Part shown: positions 25,701-36,053 of the stretch, in pieces
How the letters are laid out: every line of letters begins with the position of its first letter
Position numbering within the stretch: the stretch's first letter is position 1
NCBI GenBank assembly: GCA_900088475.1
Contig: FLMG01003062.1
Span: forward strand, 1-48,494
Source of the DNA: Hyphochytrium catenoides
Lineage: Eukaryota; Protista; Hyphochytriomycota
DNA: 48,494 nt
Direction of reading: 5' to 3'
Made by a program: the position numbers and the translations under genes
Notes under the pieces: model-generated
Database searches by the model: none
Told to the model about the DNA's origin: nothing
What the model saw: only the letters and a program-made list of their open reading frames with translations

Positions 25701-27246
25701 TAGAGCTTCCGGAACCTGCCGAGACCTTATGACTGACAGGATAGAGAGCTCTTTACTTTGGATACTCACCTCTCTGTCTCTGGAGGAAGCAAGTCAATTA
25801 TGGGGATGTACGGTGGGAGACTCTGCAAACATTCAATGTCCTTCTCGTTGTAGATAAGCTGGATCAGAATGGCGCTGCCACTGATAGCCCCAGGTCCCGT
25901 CACCAATCGAACCCACAGCTTTTCCCGCTTTACTCCATCTACATAAGCGATTCTATGTGTTACATCGAATGACTTCAAGTCAAGGACACGGGCTTGATGA
26001 GGAGCTGGCAGTGTGAGGATGAGGCGGACAGTATCTGTGTATGTACCAGTGAAATGGAATACGAAGGAAGCCAGCAGCACGGACAGCAACCCATATCTCT
26101 AGGAGGTCATGCAGCTACGATGAGAAGGTAAAGTGAACGCAAGAAATCTGCATACCTTTAGCGTTGTCCAACTCTATATACTGTCCCAGGTGAACCCGGC
26201 AGGACCCAATGAAGTCATCTTTTGAAAAGTCGTCAAAGTCCCAGACTCGTAGCTCTAGATATCTTCGAGGAAGAGGCGCTTGTAGCTGAAGCTGAGAGAG
26301 TGCCACCCACGGAGATGGTCAGACACTTGTCAGTTACGGTAGGCGTGAAAATGGACGAACCAGACACTTGTCAGTGACGGTAGGTGCGAAGATGGACCAA
26401 CCTCAGACTTAAAGTTCCACTTGGGGTTGAGGGACCTTTTGATGACCGGTGTGCGACAGAGCTCCTTGCCACCCAGTAACACCTAAGTGATAGGCAGGAT
26501 AGCGTAGACAAGCTTTAGCATTATCTTCTTTAAGAGATGAAAAGTAGAACTGAGCGAGACTGACCACCACATAGGGATCGCTAGTCCCACCGGCGTCAAG
26601 TGCGGGCAGATTACAGCCCTCAATGACACGGATCCTCATGATGATGTTGGGCGTCAGGGTAGCAAACCCTTCAACGCCATTCAAAGCAGGCTTACGGAGA
26701 TCCGCCTCTTCAGCTTTCCACAAGGCCTCGTCCCCTCGCCTAGACGACACCAGAATCCGAAGGCATGCCGGAGAAATAAGACATAGCTTCCAAGGATGGC
26801 CCACTTTTTGCTTGTCAACAACCAGCAGCGTGACACAGCATGATGGCCGCGATGTTATAATAACCGACGGAGCGCCCTGCACCTTTTGAGCGCAAGGACT
26901 GAGGCTTTTTGTCTACTAGGAGAACCCCGTCAATGGTCGAGGAGGTTGAAGTTAGCTGGCGAAGGAGGAGGATCTACTGCTACAGTATAATCTGTAAAGA
27001 GTAGTAGTAACCACCTGTTAATATCTGTCTTATACAACATATGCTCCGTGACCTTTAGGAATCTCCGCCATAGTCGACAACAGGCTGCCGATACGCCACA
27101 GAGTGGTGGGACGGACAGAGATCCACTAGTTGATGATGCGCATGTGTAGACGATCAACGTTCATTGCACTCAGACCTTGCATCACGGATCAGGCAGTGGT
27201 CACGCATCACATTCCGTGTAAAACCTAGGTTCTTAAGCATCACCAT
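19724..27246 (-). CDS. Myotubularin-family phosphoinositide 3-phosphatase with N-terminal C2 domain and C-terminal FYVE finger
   Basis: Catalytic [31 protein letters not shown] (about 22600-22700); [46 protein letters not shown]2: [49 protein letters not shown] (about 26155-26640). FYVE: [39 protein letters not shown], ending TGA at 19724. The 5' exon and ATG at 27246 are phase-compatible but uncertain. Confidence 0.92.
26320..26401. repeat. Two-copy 41-bp tandem duplication inside a myotubularin intron
   Basis: CAGACACTTGTCAGTTACGGTAGGCGTGAAAATGGACGAAC followed by CAGACACTTGTCAGTGACGGTAGGTGCGAAGATGGACCAAC. Confidence 0.9.
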
Positions 27247-27955
27247 CAGATGTGAGAACACTGGGAAAAAGCAGAGGGTTTTCATCCATTCGCGCTTATC
27301 ACAATCAGCTACTCTGGACAGTTATCCCTCTTAGTTGAAGACACTATCTTCAAGACGGAAATGGAGATGATAGGTATATGCTCTCGCATGATGTGAAGCT
27401 TTTAGGCGTTTGACCGAGATTGATGTCGACTTGACTCCGTGTTGCCAATCAATCCGATGTCTTCTAGCGCTTGTGCCGCCATCATCCCTAGTAACAGCTC
27501 CTCATATGTTTCATGGACAATGCAGGTAGGTTCTCCCTTTCCACATATACATTCAACGAAAGCAAGAGGTGGAAATAATCGGACGCGGTGGACATCGACT
27601 TATCTATTGTCGCGAGCAATGGATGACACTTCGCCAAGAGTAATAGAAGATGTGGGATTGATAGAAAGGAGCAAGGTATGTCCTGGACCTTGCAACAGTA
27701 AGTCTTTAATAGACGTAGACACTGGACCTCCTAGATCCTCCAAACGGCAAGATGGGCTTGTTGGGCTCTGACTGTTGCTAGAATCCTTGACTGCGGCCCT
27801 AAAGCTTCACCCATCGTACATCATGACATTCGAGTGTCCAGTGACCTCTTCACTCTTCGCCGCCGCCTATTCTTACCAATGATCAGTTTCCTTGCCGTAA
27901 GCTTCAGGGATCTTAACTTCAGCGATCGTAAGCACATGTCCTTGGGTCTTCATAT

Positions 27956-28386
27956 TTACGAGTCTATGCTTGACTTCTTCTTTTCGTACTGTTCTGGAGT
28001 CCAGGTCTTCATGGTAAAAGCATGAATCTTCTTCATCTCTTCCTGGAGGAGACTGTTTACCAGTCGCTGCCGGTCAAGAAGCGCCTTTCCTTTGTTCAAA
28101 ATTCGACAGAGGTGAGAGCAATATTTCAAAAGGCGCTAGGCAGGCTTGGCTGTCAAGTTAGCAAGAATCATAACAAACCTTCAAACTGCTGGGCCACTAT
28201 GATTGCGTCGAATTTCGAGCCACACCCATCCGACAAGTCCCTGATCCTTACGAAGGAGGCATCGAGCTCCTGGACAGGACAAGGTAACTTAATGATTGCA
28301 TAGCATTAGCAAAGGCAGTCAGAAACCTGTCTTACCCTCTGAAGCTTTTCCTCAAGAGAATGGGCTGATATTCCGGTCTCCGTCAT
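27956..28386 (-). CDS. BOLA2: BolA-like protein, BOLA2/Fra2 type (cytosolic Fe-S/glutaredoxin partner)
   Basis: Three exons (28386-28336, 28269-28179, 28089-27956) give MTETGISAHSLEEKLQR-ELDASFVRIRDLSDGCGSKFDAIIVAQQFE-GKALLDRQRLVNSLLQEEMKKIHAFTMKTWTPEQYEKKKSSIDS. GCG, FEGK.LL.R.R.VN and IHAF..KT.TP are BolA signatures. No targeting peptide is evident. The gene is not in the ORF track. Confidence 0.93.
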
Positions 28387-29042
28387 CTTCTGGCACTGCG
28401 ATGGCTCAACCTCCTCCAGCGAAGAAACAAAGTTCGACGAGGACTACGCTGTTAGGAGTTAGCAAGCTGCTTTCAATTGTGCGAAGATGGTTGTTTTATC
28501 AAGCTCTGACGGCCTGTCCCGGCTGAGATGATGCGCTTCACATGTGAGGTTTATCAGTGCAGAACCTCTAGAAGACGAAGTCTTGAATGTGCTGGTCAGA
28601 ATCCTCAGTTCTGCATCACTCCACTTTCCAGAGCTCAGGATTTTGCATAAAGCTGTCTAATGGATGTATATTCCAAAGCTAAGTAAAGCCCCTTCAGAAT
28701 AACCTCATAATAATGACTTCCTTGCTTCGGATGAACTGGTTGTTGTCCAAGCGTCATCGTCACAGCAGCACTCGCACAATCTTCAAGCCTTCACTCTTCT
28801 ATTCTGGAGACTGGTGACGATAGGGGCAGGGTTATATGGCTGATGTAGTAGCTGCACGGGAGGCAGCGGTTCAGCCTGTAACAAGCATGCAGCAGGAAGG
28901 GAGACATTGTCCAACCATTGGTGAGGATGGAGAGAGAGAGGGCAGAAGTAGAGACTGTGCCGGTGTCACCCTATAGGAGCTGTCAAGAGCAAAGATCGTC
29001 CCCGCAATAGGAAGCAATCGAGAGGTCTATCTCTTGGCAAAT

Positions 29043-31206
29043 ATGGTCGCGACAGCTCCCCAACCCGTCAAAATGCTGGTGGTTGGGGCGGGCGTCCGAG
29101 GGCGCATTTACGCTTCCTTTGCGCTCGAGAGGCCAGATCTTCTCCAAGGTATAGCCCTTAGCAACCTGTGACCATTTTCACGTCTCAACCTCCACGCTAT
29201 AGTGGTAGGAGTGGCGGAGCCCCGGGAATTCTGGCGGGAGTTCATGGCAAAGACGTAAGCATAAGTTAATGCTTCCACCATCAAAGTGCCCTGCTAGTAG
29301 ACCCATTCTCCTAGTAATTACTTCTCAGCTACCAAATATCGCCACCAAATGTCTTCACAACTTGGGAGGAGGCGGCTGCCACGCCAAAGTTCGCGGATTG
29401 TGTGGTCATAGCGACGCAGGACAGCATGCACTCAGGTACCTCTCACACTGTGTACAGCTCAGCAGTGCCGCTGGAGATGAGTCTAATCGATTCAGTGTAC
29501 AGGTCCTACCATCGCCTTTGCTGAACTTAAGTACCACATTCTTCTGGAGAAGCCGATGGCGCCAACTGTAGAGGAGTGTATCGCTATCGTAGATGCTGTG
29601 AAGCGTAACAGAGTCATATTCGCCGTCTGCCATGTCCTAAGGTCTGCAGAGCTCTCGACTTTTACTCCAGCTCCGCCCCTTCGGAGAGCAACGATCTCCT
29701 ACAGTCGCATTGATTGCACTGTCTAGTGCAGAATCTTCGTTTGCCACTTCCCTAGTTCTTTTGATGTTCCAATTTATTGAAGGTAACCATATGGTCCAAC
29801 GAACGAATAGATATACTCCATTCAATCTGAAGCTGAGGAAGCTTATAAAGTCTGGAGCGATCGGCGACGTCGTCAATATTCGTCACCTAGAGCCAGTGGG
29901 CTTTTGGCATCAGGTGCACTCTTTCGTCCGCGGGAACTGGAGGAATGAGAAAGAATCAGGTAATAACGTTGTAGGTTGACTCATGGACTTCGGCGGGAGG
30001 GGTCCTGACATGTGGCCCTTGACTTGCTATAGTCTTCATGCTCATGGCGAAGAGCTGCCATGACTTGGACCTTTTGCGAGACTATGCAGGGAGCAAGTGC
30101 GAACTCGTTTCATCCTTCGGTTCTCTCTTTCACTTCCACAAGGTGAGCGTAGAAATAGCCAATGAACTCCGTAACAATCCTTACCATTCCCCTGTAATAG
30201 GAGAGTAAGCCTGTTGGTGCTGGTACCAGGTGTCTGGAGTGCGCTGTGGAAGCTTCCTGCGTGTGGTCTGCAAAGAAGATGTACCTGGAGCCACCTGTAA
30301 GTTTCCCGATTATTTGAACCTTCTAGCTATAGCCCTCTAGCTATAGAGTTTCTCAACGAGAGTTCGTTACAGGCCGTCACTGTGGAGGATAGTGTCCCAG
30401 ATTTGGGAGGAGAATACTCCGTTGTTTCTACAGGCAATCCATGGTACAGTGGACGGTCATCCGCAGTTGCAGGTGCAAAAGGCTGGCCGCTAGTAGCGTT
30501 AACAGGTGGTGACAGCTGAGTTGCAGTAAACAGCTGGATTGTAGCACTGACGCGGAATATTCGAACAGACACCCCGGACATCGAGAGCGTCACGGAAGCC
30601 TTACGAATAGGTCCCTACGGTAGATGCGTCTACGAATGTGACAATGACGTGGTGGATAATCAGGTCGTCAACCTCCAGTTTGAGAATGGGTCAACTGCCT
30701 CGTTCACGATGGTAGCGTTCACCAATGAAATGGTACGTTGTCGAGTCTGGAGTCATTCGCATCAAGAAACTTAACCAGTTTACAGTGCATTAGGAAAACT
30801 AACATATATGGTACGAGGGGAGAGCTTGAAGGAAACGGGCTAGACGAGATACGCCACTTCGACTTCTTGAGTCGTCAAACAATTGTCCACAAGGTGGAGG
30901 AGCAGCCAGAAGACAGCAAGCTGAGTGGTCACGGAGGGGCGGACTATTTTACAATAAAGAGCTTTGTAGAGGCAGTTCTTCAAGAGGACCCTTCACTGGT
31001 GCTTTCAGACCAGGACCAGTCGCTGGAGTCGCACTTAATGGGTAAGCCAAAAGAAATTGGTGCCATGATCGTATAGTGTTAGCTCAAGCGCCGCCCTTCT
31101 CCCTATATTTCTTTATCGGACAGTCTTCGCTGCCGAAAAGGCACGAAGGAACAAGACAGTAGAGCGGGTCGACGACCTCTTAACAGCTTATTATGGGTGC
31201 CATTAG
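29043..31206 (+). CDS. Gfo/Idh/MocA-family NAD(P)-dependent oxidoreductase (YteT/StrI-like)
   Basis: Rossmann motif LVVGAGVRG; VVGVAEPR; LEKPMA; VCHVLRY; [20 protein letters not shown]; [10 protein letters not shown]; [20 protein letters not shown]; GHGGAD; ends YYGCH-TAG at 31206. Many short GT-AG introns. Confidence 0.92.
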
Positions 31207-31868
31207 GCTCCAGCCTACATATCTAGAGATGCAATAAGATCCTCCTTGCCGCGCTTTCCCTTTGTTGGCCGAAGGCCTGCTTCTCTCAAACCACCCACCT
31301 ATAAAGAACCCCCCACCTGGTAGCCAACGACCCACGACGCACCTTGTTGCTGAGGAGCTTCTTCACACCCAGGTTCTCCAACAAGGTACAGCTACTTTGT
31401 ACAGTATTACTTTTATACAAGAGCCGATGTCGTTTGGAGTTGGCAACGGCTATCTTGAGCGTGGTAATAACATGATAACGCCTCAGTTCTTGTTGAGGTT
31501 CTGAAGGTAACGAGAGGTTCTATGAACGATCCGCCAGACAAGGATTCGTATCTGATGATTGGTTCCAAGTCTATTTTTCTTTCCTATTATTATCCACTGT
31601 AGATCTCCAGGACTTCATCACACTTTGGGGGATTGCGCACTATCTTCAACGTAGCATCACAGGCTCCTACGAGTTGAAGACCTGACCTTCAAAAGTCAGC
31701 TAGAACTATATCCTAATCAAGCTCCCTGATCCGTGCTAGAAAGTGACTCTCAAGCAAAGAAAGACGCCATACAAAGGGGGAGCACCACAACCTTCGTTCT
31801 ATCACAGACAGTGCGTCCAATAACAACCACGTTAGTCAATCTCAATCGGCTCCAGGGATAACAGCATA

Positions 31869-33228
31869 ATGTCACTAGGAGTTCCCGAGGGCCTCGACGC
31901 TTTCGCATTGCACCATGAGCACCTTAACCACAACTCCCCCCGTCCGACTGCAGCCACCGCTCTCGCACCTGGGTTCACTGCGTCAGGAGCAGCGTCCACG
32001 TCTGTGGAATGGGGAACTGTCACGGCTCAGCCACGCGGGTCAAAGGCAGGTAGTCCACTCAAGCTGGTTATTGACACCGACGCTGGCATCGATGATATGC
32101 AAGCCATTATGATGGCCTTGGAGTGGCCTGATACTGAAATCTTAGCCATTACAACTGTTGGAGGCAACGTGGGCCTGTCACTGGTATACCAGAATGTTCA
32201 CGATATCTTGGGGCAATGCTATCCTGAGAGGTGGAAGGATATCCCGGTCTATCTAGGGTCTCCTGTGTCCCTCTTTGGGCCTGCTAAGGTAGGTTATAGA
32301 GTACTCTTTAGCACACTTCGATACTATGATCCTAATTGGCTCCAGACTGGGGTTGTCATCACCCTAGATCGATCCCTCACTTCTGCTCTCCTTGTTGAAG
32401 GTTGCATAGTTGGTAGCTAACCTTGAATCCCTCCCTCAATCTTGTTTCTTTCTCCTGTATGATGCGGTCATTACCTATCGATTGAAGTCCGCTGCCCTAT
32501 ACCATGGGAATGACGGGTTAGGAGACACCGGGATGCAAAGGGTTGCAGCTCCGGCCCACGATCCCGTGCCGGCAGCTCTAAAGCTATGTGAACTCGCCAA
32601 AGAGCACCGAGGAGACTTCACCCTTGTCATGCTCGGACCACTCACCAACCTCGCTCTTGCTTTGCGTCTATATCCCGAGCACATTAAAGCCATAAAAAGA
32701 GTGGTCGTCATGGGAGGGACAATGCACGGAAGAGGAAATATCACTGCGGCGGCAGAGTTCAACTTTCACGCGGATCCAGAGGCGGCACACATTTGCTTTG
32801 ATGAGCTGAAGCATATTACCCTACTTACGTGGGAAGCAACGCTTATGCATGGCGTGCAGGCTGAATACGTCAAAAATGTGCTTCTTAACTCGCTTTCGAC
32901 CGCAAAAGGAAGGTTCGTTGGTGCGGTCACGCAGTGGATGTACGACTGTGCAATGAGGGAGAAACGAGGCAGATCGGATTGTTATGTTCACATACCCGAC
33001 CCCCTCGCCATGGCTGTGGCCCTCAACGCGGAGCGCGTCGTTCTGAGGTCCTCTCTACAGCATGTAGTCATTGAGACTGGGGGTATGTACAGCAGGGGAG
33101 GCGTGGTTGTGGATTGGGATGGAGTTTTAGCCTCATCTGACGAGCAGAAGCAGCGCTGCAATGTAACAATAGTGGAGAGAATGAATATGGATGAAGTGAA
33201 GGCTATGCTGGGCTTAATAGTTCGATAA
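31869..33228 (+). CDS. Inosine-uridine preferring nucleoside hydrolase family protein
   Basis: Ca2+-binding motif IDTDAGIDD; AITTVGGN; HGNDGLGD; LGPLTNLALA; MGG..GRGNIT.AAEFNFHADPEAA. One intron at 32289-32487 joins the two ORFs in phase 0. Confidence 0.93.
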
Positions 33229-33252
33229 GCGGCGGGTGATGCCTTAGTCCAT

Positions 33253-34485
33253 TTATTTAATTGCAGATACGCAGACCGTGATATCATCCATCTTTCCTTG
33301 TGTACGTTGTGCCAAACGGGCGAGGTCCTGGATCTTATAGTGTCTATATCCGTTAGGCTTCACCATCTCTTTCTCTAGTGAGCGGTGATAATATGGCTCC
33401 CAATCCGTCAGCATTGCTAAGGCGCGCGCTCTATGGGCGTTCATTAGCACGTGGTTGCCCTCACTCGGGGCAATAATCTCTAACACCCTATCGTAGTAAG
33501 CTTTCACTGCAGCAGCCGTGAACGGAGTCCGAACGGAGAAGGCAGTAGCTCGCAGGTATGCGGCCCGAACTATCTCTTCTGCTAGCGCTTGACAGCCGCT
33601 GGCTTCATGTTCAACTACCAGCTGAGTAAGCTCATCCGCGAAGAGGTTATCACTAACCCCATCCGAGCAACTAATGATGAGGTCGCCCTTTTGCACCTTG
33701 ACAGTACTGCAGATCGCCTGTTTGGCGTGGTCAATTAGCAGATCCGTGCTTACAGTGGCTGGAAGGTTGAACTCATGTGTGAGAGAGGTGCTTTCCCATA
33801 CTATTGCCCCTCCTCTTATTAGTAGCGTTTTTGAATCCCCTACCACGATGGAGTGCATTTCACTGTTGACAGAGTCAATATAAACCACATTAAGGGTGGA
33901 CGCGAGCTTTCCGAATTGAATGCATCTGCTTCTAGCGATGTCTGCTCCCTTCAAGAAGGCGGCTCTCACCTTCGCGGAAGACAGAGGCCGAGATCCCTGC
34001 CTATCTGATTCCATTTTAAGTTCCTCTAACACACTCTGTACTAGGGCTTGGGCTAGTGGCGCTGAGGATGCAGCAGTACCTCCAACGCCATCTGCCAAAG
34101 TGTGATAGCAGTTGCCATAACCAACAGCATCCTCACCCACCTTCTCCGTAAAGGCAATCCGGCTCTCAACGGTCAGTGCCTCGCCGTTGCAGTTGTCGGG
34201 CAAGGCTTGCAGGTTATCAGAAGTACCTTCTGCCTTTCCATTAAAGGAGAAAATTTTCTTGATGAACGAACCATTTCTACCATCCAGCCTGTCATTCGAA
34301 TGGTGGACGGTGGGGCTGGATATCCTTAGCTTTGAAAGTCTTCTGGTTATCCGACTTTGCTGTCGCTCAATCCTATAGATTTCTTTATCCCACTGCTCCT
34401 GCGCATTGTTATCAACGACATCGAGCTTCTGGAATGTCTGTACCATTATGGCATGCTCAGCTTGAAAAGGCATTATTGCTTGCAT
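33253..34485 (-). CDS. PP2C/PPM phosphatase, PTC7 (T-cell activation PP2C)-like, intronless
   Basis: Single 410-aa ORF with GEDA, LADGVGG, ST..V, VGDS, CSDGVSDNLF, RTPF and GKMDDITV motifs. The metal-binding aspartates are present. Confidence 0.88.
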   Translation of the reverse strand: MQAIMPFQAEHAIMVQTFQKLDVVDNNAQEQWDKEIYRIERQQSRITRRLSKLRISSPTVHHSNDRLDGRNGSFIKKIFSFNGKAEGTSDNLQALPDNCNGEALTVESRIAFTEKVGEDAVGYGNCYHTLADGVGGTAASSAPLAQALVQSVLEELKMESDRQGSRPLSSAKVRAAFLKGADIARSRCIQFGKLASTLNVVYIDSVNSEMHSIVVGDSKTLLIRGGAIVWESTSLTHEFNLPATVSTDLLIDHAKQAICSTVKVQKGDLIISCSDGVSDNLFADELTQLVVEHEASGCQALAEEIVRAAYLRATAFSVRTPFTAAAVKAYYDRVLEIIAPSEGNHVLMNAHRARALAMLTDWEPYYHRSLEKEMVKPNGYRHYKIQDLARLAQRTQGKMDDITVCVSAIK

Positions 34486-35976
34486 TAACGAAGCCGGCCG
34501 AGCTACAGGACTAACGTAGATCTATGGCTTTCTTGTCCTTTGCGGTTCCGTTTGATAATTTGGAAAGTGAGAATCGTGCGTTTAAACACTGCGCTCATTC
34601 ATACTTTAGTGCTTCGCAGAGGCACGGTTGAATGGAGGAATTCTCTTTCGAGAGAGCAGGACAAGTAATTCCACAGCAAACAATGAAGTGGCCTTTCGCA
34701 ACCTAGAGGATCTGTGCCTTCTCACTCTGAGGGACTTTGGCCCCTATGGTCACCAGCTAAAGACAAGAACTAAACTTATGTGGGACAGGTGCCTGTGTCA
34801 AGAGGAGTATACTGCCTTGCCTTAGAGGAGACCAGATACTGCCATCGTTAAAGAGGAGACTTGCCGCCAAAAGTGTCATCCCCTAACTAGGGGCTCCTAT
34901 CTGCCCTCACAGCACTTCACATAAACATGACTACTTATCCACCTCACTCTTGTCCACGCAGCGGGAAAACCTATTATTAGCGCGGTTGTGGCCTCTCCCC
35001 TCCCACCGCACCCTGTCCCCTTCTTCTTTGCCTTCCATACCTCCTCCTGCTCTTCTCTCGTTCGGAGATTTGTGGTAGGTCCCCATGATCGACCAAGAAG
35101 AAGCTAATAATGGCCGCCTCTCCATGCTCACTCAGCGGATAAGAGGATGTGATGCTTTTCACCTAGTTGCTGTTGGTAGAGTCTTTGGTGCATCTTCACT
35201 ACCCTTGATCGCCTGTCTCTTATTTAGCTATCCATCCGTGCCAGCTTTTGATTGATGCCATCACCTTGCGCAATCTGTAACAGCCATGTCAAAACTCAAT
35301 TTGATAGATATTTTACCGTCGAGACTTACAATGTCAATTTGCAAGTGGTCGTGGTTACCGTATTACAATTAGAGGGCTAAAATGAACTTGACAGAATATT
35401 GTACTTTCTTCGCGAAAGTGACAAAAAGCCAAGTTTTCCGGTCAGAAACGACGGATCCCCTTCTGTCCCTATTTTGCTCATGTTTTTGGCAACCCTCTCA
35501 TCGAGTAACAGTTGGCCATCATCATGCAGAAGAGAGCAGAGATATTCTTTGCTCTCACTCCCCTAAAGATGAGTAAGCTTATAGTTCTATGGCCTTTGGT
35601 AAGGGCTAGCTAAACAAACACGGGGCGATAGGTGCTCCTGGTTCAAAGAAAGGATGATAGAGCAATCGAAAGAATCGCACGGCAGGAGACGACGGAGATG
35701 AGGAGGAGGTAGGTGACGGCGGCGGTACTGTACCGTCTTTCCAGTGTCCCGATCCGCAAGGAGGGCGAGGAGAACGCTGGGCATGATCATGGCCCCAAAC
35801 TGAGGACTACCAGTAAGCTTGGCGCAATTTTAGGGGGTACCACTTTCTGCAGAACGTAGAGGTAACCATCATGCTGTCCAGACGCTCATGAAAGAGATTG
35901 AGACAAGCCGACAGCAACGCAGGCTGGGCATCGGTACAGTACCTAGACTGATTATCCCAACCAAGCTGAAAATTTT

Positions 35977-36053
35977 TTGCAAGAGTGCATCTAACGACGG
36001 GCTGTTGCATCTAACGACCGGATGAAAGCCTCTTGCAAGAGTGCGTCTAACGA
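35977..36053. repeat. Short degenerate direct repeat, three copies of TGC(A/G)TCTAACGA
   Basis: TTGCAAGAGTGCATCTAACGA (35977-35997), TGCATCTAACGAC (36006-36018), TTGCAAGAGTGCGTCTAACGA (36033-36053). Confidence 0.75.

Noticed and set aside
27380-27790. Long minus-strand frame interrupted by a single TAA, suggesting stop readthrough or an alternative code
   Set aside because: No homology is evident, it mirrors a + strand ORF, and TAA, TAG and TGA all act as true stops in well-supported genes.
29043-34485. Oxidoreductase + nucleoside hydrolase + phosphatase as a sugar/nucleoside metabolic cluster
   Set aside because: PTC7-type PP2C is a protein phosphatase, orientations differ, and adjacency is the only link.
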